NCBI GenBank assembly: GCA_037310415.1
Contig: CP147780.1
Span: 2,240,001-2,304,000 of the forward strand
DNA from: Candidatus Atabeyarchaeum deiterrae
GTDB lineage: Archaea > Asgardarchaeota > Atabeyarchaeia > Atabeyarchaeales > Atabeyarchaeaceae
Length of the DNA stretch: 64,000 nucleotides
Direction: 5' to 3'
In this document: positions 36,975 to 46,987 of the stretch, piece by piece
Layout: each line of letters starts with the position of its first letter
Numbering within the stretch: the first letter of the stretch is position 1
Position numbers and translations under genes: made by a program
Notes under the pieces: generated by a model
Databases searched by the model: none
What the model saw: only the letters and a program-made list of their open reading frames with translations
What the model was told of the DNA's origin: nothing

Positions 36975-39962
36975 GTGAACAGAGCTACGAAAGTGACAGC
37001 CATAGCAATACTCACTATCATGCTCTTCTCAGCGATCCAAACAATACCACAATCACTAATGTTCCAACAAACAAGAAACCTAGGAAACAATCAACCAAAA
37101 GCGAATCGGGCACCCTCAACTCCACAATCAGAGTGGGTCTACCAGATAGGTAGCTGGATCAGATCATCACCCAAGGTTGCTGACGTCGACAATGATGGAA
37201 AAACCGAAATCGTCATGGGCTCGGCCGATCACTACATTTACTGCATTAACGGCACAGGGTACGTCGACTGGAGCTACTATTCGGCTATGGATTCCTACTC
37301 AAGTGCTGCATTCGCTGACGTTGACGCAGACGGTAAGCTGGAGACAATCATCGGTTCAGGCACCCGTATCTACTGTTTCAATGGCACAGGGAACATAGAT
37401 TGGTACTACGATGCTGGAGGCTACGTTAGCTACCCCGCCATCGCTGACATCAACGGGGATGGCAAGCAAGAAATCCTAATAGGGTCCGGTGATAAGTATC
37501 TCTACTGCCTAAATGGTACAGGTCAACTGAAGTGGAAGTACCTCACGGGGGGCGGCATCTATTGGTGCAGACCAGCCATCGACGACATTAATAATGATGG
37601 CAAGCAAGAAATCGTGTTTGGGTCGTCTGACGGCACAGTGTACTGCCTCAATGCGACTGGCCAGCAGAAATGGAACTTCAATACAGGGAGCTCTATTTAC
37701 GCTTCTCCAGCTATCGCCGACATAGTAGGAGACACGAATCTAGAAACAGTCATAGGCTCGTCAAACGGGCGACTTTACTGTCTGAATGCCTCGGGTCATC
37801 AGAAGTGGCAATCATCATATCTTGGCACCATCCAAGATGGCGCCGCCATTGCAGACATCGATGCGGATGGCAAGCCGGAGATAGTGATAGGCACAAACAA
37901 CAACAGGCTCTATTGTCTAAACGGGACAGGTAGTGAAGAGTGGGAGTACAATACGGTTGACATAGTGACAGCTGATCCTACAATTGGAGACGTTGATGGC
38001 GATGGCAAGCCAGAGGTAGTCATGGGATCATGGGCAGGCAAAATCTGTTGCCTGAACGGAACCGGCGCATATAAGTGGGGCTACCAGACAAACGGCAGAA
38101 TCGATACGTCCTCAGCCGCAATTGCCGAAGTTGACACAGATAGCAAGCCAGAGGTACTTGTCGGTTCGGGTGACGGCAAATTCTACTGTATTAGCTCTAC
38201 GGGCAACCTCAAGTGGACCTTCACTACTCGCGGAAGCATCGGCACCTCTTCACCATCAATTGCTGACATAAACGTGGATGGCAAACCGGAGATAGTTCTG
38301 AGTTCAAGGGATAACCTTAACGAATACTGCTTGAATGCGACAGGTCAAATGCAGTGGGCCTACTCGGCGGATTACTATTCCTACGCCACGTCCACTATCG
38401 CAGACATTGACAAGGACGGAGAACTAGAAGTGATAGTAGTTGCGGGCTCGAACATATATTGCCTTAACGGATCGGGAAGTGAGGAATGGATCAAGTATGC
38501 ATCGTCCGGCGGATTCGACCAGTGCTGCCCAGCGATGGCAGATATCAATGGAGACACACAATTGGAGATAATAGTTGGCTCATGGAGTGGGGCGATAGAA
38601 TGCTACAATGCAACAGGAGATCTAAAGTGGACCTACATGGCAGGGGGCGGCATCTACGGGTCTTCTCCCGCCATTGCCGATGTCGATCTAGACGGGAAAC
38701 TAGAGGTAATCGTGGGGTCAAACGACAACAAAGTCTACTGTCTTAACAGCACTGGATACGGGAAATGGAATTACACGACTGCGAGTTACATAAGCTCATC
38801 TCCAACAATTGCTGACGTAGACGAAGATATGAAGCCAGAGATCATAATAGGCTCAAATGACGGCAATATCTATTGTCTGAATGGTACTGGGTACAATGAG
38901 TGGGCCTGTCCAACTGCAGGTGGTGTCACATCATCTCCTATTGTCGCAGACTTCGACGGAGATGGAAAGCTGGAGATCATAGCGTGCTCAGTTGGCTACA
39001 TCTACTGTCTCAATGGAACTGGCAACGAGGAATGGCAGTATTACACCGGCATTTGGACTGATTCATCGCCAGCAATCGCAGACCTTGATGGTGACCATAA
39101 TCTCGAGTTGGTGGTTGGAGAAGGCTATGCCCTCACTTGCCTGAACGGAACAGGGGGATTGGAGTGGAACTTCGCGACTGGTCGTGAAGTTAGATCCTGC
39201 CCAGTTGTTGTAGACATAGACGGAGACACGCAATTGGAGGTAATATTCGGCGCAGATGATGGCAACGTCTATTGCCTCAGCATTGTTGGAGCTCCTCAGA
39301 ACCTTGATGCCTATCCTTGGCCGTCCATTGGCAAGAACGGCGACATGAGGCACAGTGGTTACTATGCTGACTCCGATGGTGACCGACTCAGCGACAACTA
39401 TGAACTCATTGTGGGAACTAGTCCGAATGATCCTGACACCGATCACGACACATCGACAGACTACGCTGAATTCGCTCAGTCCACAAATCCGCTCCTTGAC
39501 ACGGTTCCACCAGCAATAGTCCTTGACCTCGCTACGGGCAGCCCGACGACCGATCAGATCACCTTGGCTTGGACCGCTGCAGGCAACAATGGAATGAGCG
39601 GCAATGCCACGGGCTACGTATTGAAATACTCGACGATCGGCCCAATAAACGAGACGAACTGGGCTCTCGCAACAACTTACTCTCAACTTTGGACGCCGCT
39701 TCCACATGGCAACACTGAAACTCATGTAGTGTCAGGGCTGATGTCTGACACGACGTATTGGTTCGCAATCAAAGCACGCGATTCAATTCCAAACTTTGGC
39801 GGATGCTCCAACAGTCCAAGCGGAACGACTGCCACCATTACCGCGCCACCAGGTGGTGAGCCGAGCGGAGGACTCCCCATCGAACTGATAGCATTAGTAG
39901 GCATCGTTGCTGTGGCTGTGGTCATAGCAACCGTCGCTGTCGTAAAGATCAAAAAGAAGTAG
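36975..39962 (+). CDS. FG-GAP/VCBS-repeat beta-propeller surface protein with TSP3-like repeats, FN3 domain and C-terminal TM anchor
   Basis: Signal peptide; 16 repeats W...SP.IAD.D.DGK.EI..GS....YCLNGTG; DSDGDRLSD..E...GTSP..PDTD.D; LAWTA.G..G...Y..LSSDTTYWFAI.A.D-type FN3; TM plus KIKKK. Confidence 0.9.
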   Translation: MNRATKVTAIAILTIMLFSAIQTIPQSLMFQQTRNLGNNQPKANRAPSTPQSEWVYQIGSWIRSSPKVADVDNDGKTEIVMGSADHYIYCINGTGYVDWSYYSAMDSYSSAAFADVDADGKLETIIGSGTRIYCFNGTGNIDWYYDAGGYVSYPAIADINGDGKQEILIGSGDKYLYCLNGTGQLKWKYLTGGGIYWCRPAIDDINNDGKQEIVFGSSDGTVYCLNATGQQKWNFNTGSSIYASPAIADIVGDTNLETVIGSSNGRLYCLNASGHQKWQSSYLGTIQDGAAIADIDADGKPEIVIGTNNNRLYCLNGTGSEEWEYNTVDIVTADPTIGDVDGDGKPEVVMGSWAGKICCLNGTGAYKWGYQTNGRIDTSSAAIAEVDTDSKPEVLVGSGDGKFYCISSTGNLKWTFTTRGSIGTSSPSIADINVDGKPEIVLSSRDNLNEYCLNATGQMQWAYSADYYSYATSTIADIDKDGELEVIVVAGSNIYCLNGSGSEEWIKYASSGGFDQCCPAMADINGDTQLEIIVGSWSGAIECYNATGDLKWTYMAGGGIYGSSPAIADVDLDGKLEVIVGSNDNKVYCLNSTGYGKWNYTTASYISSSPTIADVDEDMKPEIIIGSNDGNIYCLNGTGYNEWACPTAGGVTSSPIVADFDGDGKLEIIACSVGYIYCLNGTGNEEWQYYTGIWTDSSPAIADLDGDHNLELVVGEGYALTCLNGTGGLEWNFATGREVRSCPVVVDIDGDTQLEVIFGADDGNVYCLSIVGAPQNLDAYPWPSIGKNGDMRHSGYYADSDGDRLSDNYELIVGTSPNDPDTDHDTSTDYAEFAQSTNPLLDTVPPAIVLDLATGSPTTDQITLAWTAAGNNGMSGNATGYVLKYSTIGPINETNWALATTYSQLWTPLPHGNTETHVVSGLMSDTTYWFAIKARDSIPNFGGCSNSPSGTTATITAPPGGEPSGGLPIELIALVGIVAVAVVIATVAVVKIKKK

Positions 39963-39990
39963 AGCTTTCAGTACGACAAAGCACTGTTAG

Positions 39991-40011
39991 CCTATCCCTC
40001 CCTCTTTTTTT
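39991..40011 (+). terminator. Pyrimidine/oligo-T terminator
   Basis: CCTATCCCTCCCTCTTTTTTT after the stop codon. Confidence 0.5.
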
Positions 40012-40156
40012 GAAAACTCTCCGAGACATATGAACAGGTCAGGACGACTAGTTTTGAGAGCTGCAGATTGTGCCAAGAAAATAAGGAAAGAAGGCAAGAT
40101 TCCCTTGTGAGTGTCATTTACACGTTACTGCCTTCCAGCAGTTGGTTCCTTGGTTT

Positions 40157-40429
40157 CTACTGAAACTCGACGTTCTTGCCTTGGTATTTCTTGATGGTTT
40201 CGAAGTCTACTCCCTTGACCATTACCTGAACTATTTCCTGCTCCTTGACCTCTTTTAGCCACTCGACACGCATTGATTGCGGGTTTCTTCTTCCCATGCG
40301 CTCTATTGGCACCGTCTTGCCTTCCACGTCCAGCTTCATTGTGTCTTTGAGCACACCTTTCTTTACCATCCCGGTCAAGATGACGCCTTCTCCAGTTTTT
40401 TGCGCAATCTTGACGAAGTATGTTGCCAT
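40157..40429 (-). CDS. Small stand-alone EF-Tu domain-II-like beta-barrel protein
   Basis: GVILTG.VKKG.LK..M...V.G....I..M pattern; SD GAGGTGA. Confidence 0.5.
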   Translation of the reverse strand: MATYFVKIAQKTGEGVILTGMVKKGVLKDTMKLDVEGKTVPIERMGRRNPQSMRVEWLKEVKEQEIVQVMVKGVDFETIKKYQGKNVEFQ

Positions 40430-40563
40430 TTGGACTCACCTCAGCAATCAGCTTTTTCAGATCGCTAATATAGTTTATGTATTTGAGAATAGTTGGGAGA
40501 GGCGTATTCTCTGCAAAAGCCGCCTCCAGCAGGAACCGCCTTCAACCCGAAAGACTAGGAAAG

Positions 40564-41445
40564 TCACCATCTTATTCGTTTCAGGATGTTATCCAAGACT
40601 TTCTTGTTCTTGCTTGCCATCCCGAATGGATCGGTCGCTTCCCAGACATCGACTTGTAACCACTCTAGGTGTGGACAGGTTTCCTTGAGTGTTTTCATTA
40701 CCGCTTCAATGTTTATGTTGCCTTTCCCGAATTCCATGTGATTGCTCGAGAAGAAGTAGGGCGTTATCCAGCCATCGTTATCAGCCAGATGCGTCCAGCC
40801 CACTCTCCCCTTCAACGCTTTCAGGAAACCAACTGGATCCCCTTTTCCCAAGGTGTTGGCGTGGGTCACATCATAAAGGACTTTGACATAGTCAGACTTA
40901 ATTTCATCGAGAACCTTCAATGTGTCTTCTATTGGTTTTCGAATGAAGCCCCCATTTAGTATCATTTGAGGCTCCGGTTCAAAAGCTAGAACCACCTTGT
41001 TCTCCTCGGCAGTGTCAACCACCTGGTTCAACGCCTCGATGAACATGTTAACTAAATCGTCTTGCGAGTAGCCATTCATAACAACATCGGCGGAGAACTG
41101 AGGAGGCGAAACCGTGGCTGTACCAGCACCCAGAACGTGGGCAAACTCGATCCACTCTTTCATGGTATCAACAAACTTCTTCCTCGTTTCTTCACTAGGG
41201 CTCAAAGGTGAGTACATACCTGTGACGAATCCAGTCTGAATACACGGAATCACGAGACCGTAACTTCTGTACTCTTCTAAGATACTATCCTCCGAACCCT
41301 TCGAGAATGACTCATAGTATGGGTGCAGTTCAATCCCATTGAAACCTTCTCTTTTCGCGAATTCGAGGATCTGCTGCTTGTCAATCATGTCGTGCCAAGG
41401 TTTTCCGAAAATGAAGCCATTTTGACCCAAACAGAATTTTGGCAT
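40564..41445 (-). CDS. Sugar phosphate isomerase/epimerase (TIM barrel)
   Basis: GFNGIEL, LAFEPEP, VLYDVTH, THLADN, HMEFGKGNI; ATG 41445 (MPKF) preferred over 41517. Confidence 0.87.
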   Translation of the reverse strand: MPKFCLGQNGFIFGKPWHDMIDKQQILEFAKREGFNGIELHPYYESFSKGSEDSILEEYRSYGLVIPCIQTGFVTGMYSPLSPSEETRKKFVDTMKEWIEFAHVLGAGTATVSPPQFSADVVMNGYSQDDLVNMFIEALNQVVDTAEENKVVLAFEPEPQMILNGGFIRKPIEDTLKVLDEIKSDYVKVLYDVTHANTLGKGDPVGFLKALKGRVGWTHLADNDGWITPYFFSSNHMEFGKGNINIEAVMKTLKETCPHLEWLQVDVWEATDPFGMASKNKKVLDNILKRIRW

Positions 41446-41584
41446 AGCGTCTTTCACCAACTGAACATTTCTATTGGTTATCACGGCAATATCTATATTA
41501 GACTTACCATACTGCACCTAGTGAAAAGTCCAACATGGATAACGGCAATTAGCATTCTATCTCTATTTGCCTTGGAACGAATCT

Positions 41585-41941
41585 TCAGTTGGGGCTCTTC
41601 TCAATTTCGTCCAGCGCTTCTTCAATTAGTAACTTTACGTTTGGCAGGCGAGTTATCAGAGTTTTCCAGACTACATCGAGTGCCACCGCGAAGTACTTGT
41701 GTATGAGTCTGTCTCTCATGCCTGCCATATCTTTCCAAGGTATACTCGGGAACCTGCTTCTCATTTTCTCTGGGATCATCTTGGTCGCTTCCCCTATGAT
41801 CTCGAGATTCCTCAACACGGCATCCACGGTTTTGCCATCTTGTGAGAAATGCTCAAATGTGACACCCTCAATATAACGTTCTATCTTCTCTATCGCGCCC
41901 AGAATGTCTTCAAGGTAGAACCCGTAGTCTTTCGGTCTCAT
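41585..41941 (-). CDS. HEPN (DUF86) RNase toxin
   Basis: [27 protein letters not shown] (R-X4-H). Confidence 0.92.
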   Translation of the reverse strand: MRPKDYGFYLEDILGAIEKIERYIEGVTFEHFSQDGKTVDAVLRNLEIIGEATKMIPEKMRSRFPSIPWKDMAGMRDRLIHKYFAVALDVVWKTLITRLPNVKLLIEEALDEIEKSPN

Positions 41942-42228
41942 ACATAAACGACCTCTCCAAGTATACGGTCCTTGATGCGAGGCTTCAAGTCGTTTCGCAG
42001 CACCAAGTCAACCTTAACTCCTAACTCATCGCTCAAGAAATCCTCGAGTTCGACAAGCTGGAATAGGTCGATTGTCTCGTAGAAGTCCACTAGGATATCC
42101 AAGTCGCTACCTCTTCTCTGCTCACCTCTGACATAGGAGCCAAATATGCCGATTCGTTTGATACTAAATCTTTCTCTGAGAATGGGGAGAAGTTCCCTTA
42201 ACTTCTTCTTGGCAGATTCAACTTTCAT
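41938..42228 (-). CDS. Minimal nucleotidyltransferase (MNT) antitoxin
   Basis: FGSYVRGE....SDLDILV, KVDLV; ATGA overlap with HEPN gene. Confidence 0.92.
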   Translation of the reverse strand: MKVESAKKKLRELLPILRERFSIKRIGIFGSYVRGEQRRGSDLDILVDFYETIDLFQLVELEDFLSDELGVKVDLVLRNDLKPRIKDRILGEVVYV

Positions 42229-42500
42229 TGTGAAGGCACCAGCCTAGTTCCTTGTATCAAATTAACTGACGATCTCTAATAATAAGTGTTGTCTTCGAGA
42301 CCAGTTTCTCAAGACTCATTCTAACAGGAAGGGATCGGAAAAAGGAAGGAAACAAACGCTGCATGAGTTGCCAGTGGAGAAAAATGCCAGACATCAACTG
42401 CTTTCCATCAAACTGAAGATTCGCAAGACATCCCTCCAATCTCCCCACCCCCTCTCACAGGTGAATGTAAGAAACAATGGGGGAACGGGGAGGTGCGATT

Positions 42501-43571
42501 CTATACGTTCACAACCTTCCCAGTCTCAGCAGACTTGTAGGCTGCAAGCATTATTTCGACGAGTCTTCTTCCTTCTTCGCCAGACACAAATGGTTTCTTG
42601 TCTTCGACGACGCAATCAATGAAGTGCTTGACAACGTAGTAGAAGGTGTTGACAAATTTGTTGTCAATTTCGTATGTGGTGAACTTGATTTCCTCAGGTA
42701 CGCCCTCCATGCCTTCCGCAGTTTCTCCGAACACTCTTGGAGTCATGTAGGATTTCCAAGCTCCATCCTTGTAATGCATCAGCGGGAGTCCACCCAGTAT
42801 GCAATCTTCGACGCCGTTTATGATTACCATTCCGTCGTCCCCGACAATTTCTGTTCTGTCATCCCAAAGAGCCGGAGGAGCGCCTCGATTTGCGCTGATG
42901 GTGCCATATCTGTTTTTCTCGAATTGCATGTTGACCAGCACTATGTCTTCAGTTTGAAGATTAGGAGAACTCTTTGCGGTCATGCATGAGACACGTTTCA
43001 CCTCTCCCATGAGGTACCTTGAAACATAGAATCTGTGGATGCACGCCTCGAGCAGGAAGCCACCACCTATCACTGGGTCCTCTCTCCAGCCACTTGCTGC
43101 GAATCCTCCGTGAAGCAGGGATGTGGACATTATGGGGTTCCCAATCTCATTGTCGACCAGCCGCTTGGCCTCTTGATGTGGGGGATAGAAGAGCTGGTTA
43201 TGTACGACCATAAGTTTTACATTGTGTCTTTTCGCAGCTGCAATCACTTCATCACAGTCCTTCAGTGTTGTAGCGAGGGGTTTCTCAGTGAGGATGTGTT
43301 TTCCGGCTTCTGCCGCCTGTATTGCGACCTTGGCGTGAAGGCTTGGGGGTAGCAAGATATCGACCGCATCTACCTCGGGGTCTTTGAGGAGTTCATTATA
43401 GTCGACACACGTTCTCTCTGCGCCCCATTTCTTGGCTTTCGCATTAGCTTCTTCTTCAAGGAGGTCGCATACGTTCACGATTGTGGCTCGTCCGTCCTTG
43501 AGGAAGCCTCGTGCATGGCATTGCGCAATGCTTCCAACGCCTATGATTCCGATTCTAAAGGGTTTCTCCAT
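42501..43571 (-). CDS. Gfo/Idh/MocA family oxidoreductase (close paralog of 22960-24030)
   Basis: IIGVGSIA, AGKHILTEKPLA, GGFLLEACIH. Confidence 0.92.
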   Translation of the reverse strand: MEKPFRIGIIGVGSIAQCHARGFLKDGRATIVNVCDLLEEEANAKAKKWGAERTCVDYNELLKDPEVDAVDILLPPSLHAKVAIQAAEAGKHILTEKPLATTLKDCDEVIAAAKRHNVKLMVVHNQLFYPPHQEAKRLVDNEIGNPIMSTSLLHGGFAASGWREDPVIGGGFLLEACIHRFYVSRYLMGEVKRVSCMTAKSSPNLQTEDIVLVNMQFEKNRYGTISANRGAPPALWDDRTEIVGDDGMVIINGVEDCILGGLPLMHYKDGAWKSYMTPRVFGETAEGMEGVPEEIKFTTYEIDNKFVNTFYYVVKHFIDCVVEDKKPFVSGEEGRRLVEIMLAAYKSAETGKVVNV

Positions 43572-44335
43572 TTCTGCCTACCTCGTTAAATTACTCTTTC
43601 TGAATCTGCAACAGTCATGTAACTGATTACTGTTCGATTGCTAGGTTTCTAGCCGTGCGTCTTAATATATAAGCAATAAGATACGCCAGGCATGGTAGAC
43701 CTTCCAGCAAGGGAGATCGGTCCAAACACCAAGGTGCTCATACCTGATGCACATGGAAGCCGCCTAGTCACGAGGGCTCAATTCATCGCGACTCTGAAAG
43801 CATTTCTCACCACAGCGAAGCAACCTTTAGACAGCGCATGTGCAGTATGCTAGAAACGCTGACTTTGTGGAATAGTCATCGTGGGATAGGACTTTTTCGA
43901 ACTTCGCGTCCAATCGTTGATTGATCCTTCCAGAAAAGCATGTGCGCGTGGACAATAGGGTCGTTAAATTGGAAATCTCGGCATCGGATTTCGGGATGCG
44001 AGGGCTTTTACATGGTCCGACGATTCCAACGAAAAGTTGAGTCACAAGCGACTATGTCCGATGTCCTGATCCCGGTCCAAAAACAAGCAATAAATGCGCG
44101 GAAATGATCTTAGCATGTCCGATCGGAAGGTTGCAGAGTTCGCAAACAGACTATCTCAATCTTGTCCGCCTAGAGTAAGGTTCATTATCTCGTGAGTGTC
44201 ATTTTCGTCTGTCGAATATGGGGTTAGAGGAGGTAAGTACTGACTCATAGCCCGATGAATGTTTGACTCTCGATCTGAATTGTGTAGGTACTTACTTTCT
44301 ATTCACTCTAAGCATGCCTCTGAAGGGGGGAAAGC

Positions 44336-45034
44336 ATGAGTAGAGAAGTCACATCTTCAGGGATTCCATCCTTGGACAAAATAATCGGTGGGGGATTCAA
44401 CAGAGGAGATGCCATCCTAGTTGCTGGTCAGCCCGGAGCCGGGAAGAGCACTCTCGGAGCTCAGTTCATATACAACGGCGCGAAGCATTACAGTGAACCA
44501 GGTGTCTACGTTACTTTTGTTGAACCCTCAACTAAACTGAAACGCGACATGCTCCAGTTCCACTGGGACTTCAACATGCTAGAACAAGAAGGAAAAGCAA
44601 CCGTCATCGATCTGGTTCAAATGATCGGTGAGAAGGCTGTTTACGTTAACCTCGATGCTATGATGACTGCCATCCATTCATTGGGCGCAAAGCGGCTAGT
44701 CATCGACAGTCTGTCTGCTCTCATGGCTTTCATCCACACAAAGTCTGAGGCCCGCAGCCTCATCGGCACATTGACCAAGTTTCTCGAGAATAGCAAATGT
44801 ACAACTCTTCTAATTCAAGAGGTACCGTGGGGAGTGAAGCAGATAGGAATGGGATTTGAGGAATTCATGACAGATGGGCTAATCGTTCTGGAATCAAGTC
44901 TGGAACAGCTCCAAATCAGGCGGCGACTCTATATTCCAAAGATGCGTGGCACAAACCATGCTTTGAACTGCTACGACTTCTACATTACTCCCGAAGGCAT
45001 TTCCATATCGAATGCACCGGCTCGCGAACCATAA
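44336..45034 (+). CDS. KaiC/RAD55-like single-domain ATPase
   Basis: SSGIPSLD..IGGG, Walker A GQPGAGKS, Walker B LVIDS, KMRGT. Confidence 0.92.
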   Translation: MSREVTSSGIPSLDKIIGGGFNRGDAILVAGQPGAGKSTLGAQFIYNGAKHYSEPGVYVTFVEPSTKLKRDMLQFHWDFNMLEQEGKATVIDLVQMIGEKAVYVNLDAMMTAIHSLGAKRLVIDSLSALMAFIHTKSEARSLIGTLTKFLENSKCTTLLIQEVPWGVKQIGMGFEEFMTDGLIVLESSLEQLQIRRRLYIPKMRGTNHALNCYDFYITPEGISISNAPAREP

Positions 45035-45091
45035 TCATCTCATCCAGCAAGGCGCCGAAAGCAAAGTCGAGATTCAAGGAGAGTAACCAAA

Positions 45092-45409
45092 CTGGCAGAC
45101 GAAGAAAATGATTTCGAAGCCATACTGCTTAGTGCCATAGACGACGCGCTATTGAATCTCGGCGAAAACTGCAGAGCACTCCTATACTCCTACCTAGCCG
45201 GAGTCCTGTCCCTAAAGAGAGACATAATTCCTCACAGACTCCAAGATTTTGCCGCAACGATTCAGGACATCTTCAAGCTGGGCAGTAAGGTCATTGACGG
45301 GTTGATTACGAAGACATTATGCGATAGGCTCAATGTGGATTATGCTGTTGTCAAGGACATGGGGTTTCAAGTTGCCATTGAGGAGATTAAGAGGAAATCA
45401 ATGATTTAG
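45092..45409 (+). CDS. DUF3227/NitrOD5-like small helical protein
   Basis: ILLSAIDDAL..LGE......Y.YL......DI.P..L.DF......IF..G..VI; homology-like region starts upstream of track start 45152; CTG 45092 after GGAGAG. Confidence 0.6.
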   Translation: MADEENDFEAILLSAIDDALLNLGENCRALLYSYLAGVLSLKRDIIPHRLQDFAATIQDIFKLGSKVIDGLITKTLCDRLNVDYAVVKDMGFQVAIEEIKRKSMI

Positions 45410-45428
45410 TGCGAGGTAGTTTTCGCGA

Positions 45429-45992
45429 ATGGTAAGACTTGAGGATAGGCTTAAACGCGTTCCACCTAAATCAGTCGTGATACTTGAGACCCCATCTGAA
45501 GAAGATCCGATGAAGCTGGTATCAGATTTTCTGAGGTTCAGGCAGAACGATAAGGGGATATTTGTCTCCTCAAACAGGTCGACAATAGGTCTTGCCGAGA
45601 GGCTACTAGTCTACAAGTTCGACATGAGGAAGCTTCTCGAGGCTGGCAGGATAAGTGTAGTGGACTTAGCGTCCAAGAGCGTGGGCTCAGCTGAAATGAG
45701 AAACAGCATCTGCGTTTCCTCACCCTCAGAGCTGTCCGCCACACAGATGGCAATCGAGAAGGCTGCCGAAGCATTAGGCAGCATCCCTGGCAACCCATGG
45801 CTACTACTGGATTCACTCTCTACTCTTCTAGTCTACAATAGCCCTGGCGCGCTACTTCACTTCCTTCACTTCTTGATTGGTCGTCTCAGGGTTCTCGGGT
45901 TTGACGGAATGATCTTCACGATCCAAGGTTCCGTAGAGGGGAATGTACTTTCAACGATAAGGCAATTCTGCGACGAGGTGATCAGACTATGA
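45429..45992 (+). CDS. Inactivated KaiC/RecA-like domain protein
   Basis: Walker B-like LLLDSLSTLL and C-terminal FCDEVI retained; no Walker A. Confidence 0.7.
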   Translation: MVRLEDRLKRVPPKSVVILETPSEEDPMKLVSDFLRFRQNDKGIFVSSNRSTIGLAERLLVYKFDMRKLLEAGRISVVDLASKSVGSAEMRNSICVSSPSELSATQMAIEKAAEALGSIPGNPWLLLDSLSTLLVYNSPGALLHFLHFLIGRLRVLGFDGMIFTIQGSVEGNVLSTIRQFCDEVIRL

Positions 45993-46144
45993 AGGAGAAC
46001 CAGACTTGGCCTGCGTACGGATGGAACAAGAGTGGCGAAGTTGCCTTCATTACTCGGGTTCTGAAGGATTTCATTCCACGCCGAGAGGAATGTACAAGCT
46101 TCTAGAGTTATTATGACACAAATGATTATGGAGGTTAGGGTAGT

Positions 46145-46981
46145 ATGTCGAAGAAGAATAGTCAGGAACTTGCAAGGACTTTAACTAGTCTGCTAGAGCA
46201 GAATGCAGACGAGATCAGGTCGCGGTGGATCAATGAAATGCAACAATCTGGTTTACTCGCATCTCTCTCCCCAAAGGAGATAGAGGATGAGTCGAAAGCG
46301 ATCTACCACGAATGCCTATTGTGCCTCAAGACTGGATCATACGAGTCAGCCCAAAGATATGCAGCGAATGTCGCGAAGAAAGGAGTTTTGGCATCCATGA
46401 CGGTTGAGCAGATAATCGCAGGCTTCCTAATTCTGAGAGACCTATACGGCCGGTTCGTCTTTGAAAATTACCACAAGGAACCAGAAATGTGCAGTGCGAT
46501 TATTGGCGTCTACGAGCCAGTGGCACGCAAAATCCTGAACGTTGTAGCCTCAGCATTTGTCACCGAAAGGGAATCCGTCATCAAGCAACAGGAAGTGGGC
46601 CTGAGACTACTTGTGCCTATTGTCAGCGCTTGGGAAGGCATTGCGATGGTACCTTTGATTGGGATTCTCGATTCTTCTCGTGCAAAGCAGCTCACTGAAT
46701 CGGTTCTGGAGAACATAATGCGGTCAAAGACAGAAGTCATCGTCATGGACATCAGTGGTATCACCGCAATCGATACAAAGGTGGCCAGTCATATCCTTCG
46801 GACAATACAAGCTGTGAGACTCATGGGTTCAGAGGTCGTGATTACTGGTATTAGGCCAGATGTCGCAGTAACTCTCGTAACGCTTGGCATCGACTTGTCG
46901 AACATCGTTTCACGTAGCACGCTGAGAGAGGGGCTTGAGTATGCATACGCGAAGCTGGGATTGAAACTGACTAAAACGTAG
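46145..46981 (+). CDS. rsbR: Stressosome scaffold RsbR (RsbRD-like N-terminal sensor plus STAS)
   Basis: PLIGILDSSRA, MDISGI..IDTKVA (phospho-Thr position), ITGIRP.VA.TLV.LGID. Confidence 0.9.
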   Translation: MSKKNSQELARTLTSLLEQNADEIRSRWINEMQQSGLLASLSPKEIEDESKAIYHECLLCLKTGSYESAQRYAANVAKKGVLASMTVEQIIAGFLILRDLYGRFVFENYHKEPEMCSAIIGVYEPVARKILNVVASAFVTERESVIKQQEVGLRLLVPIVSAWEGIAMVPLIGILDSSRAKQLTESVLENIMRSKTEVIVMDISGITAIDTKVASHILRTIQAVRLMGSEVVITGIRPDVAVTLVTLGIDLSNIVSRSTLREGLEYAYAKLGLKLTKT

Positions 46982-46987
46982 TGCGAG

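Noticed and set aside
37130-39290. Periodic repeats of about 135 bp as a possible CRISPR array or DGR
   Set aside because: Repeats are degenerate at the DNA level and conserved at protein level (FG-GAP blades); no identical repeats, cas genes or reverse transcriptase
39063-39725. Long antisense ORFs (e.g. 39063-39725, 24389-24919, 10610-11119, 56301-56852)
   Set aside because: Shadows of well-supported genes on the opposite strand or alternate frame; no motifs
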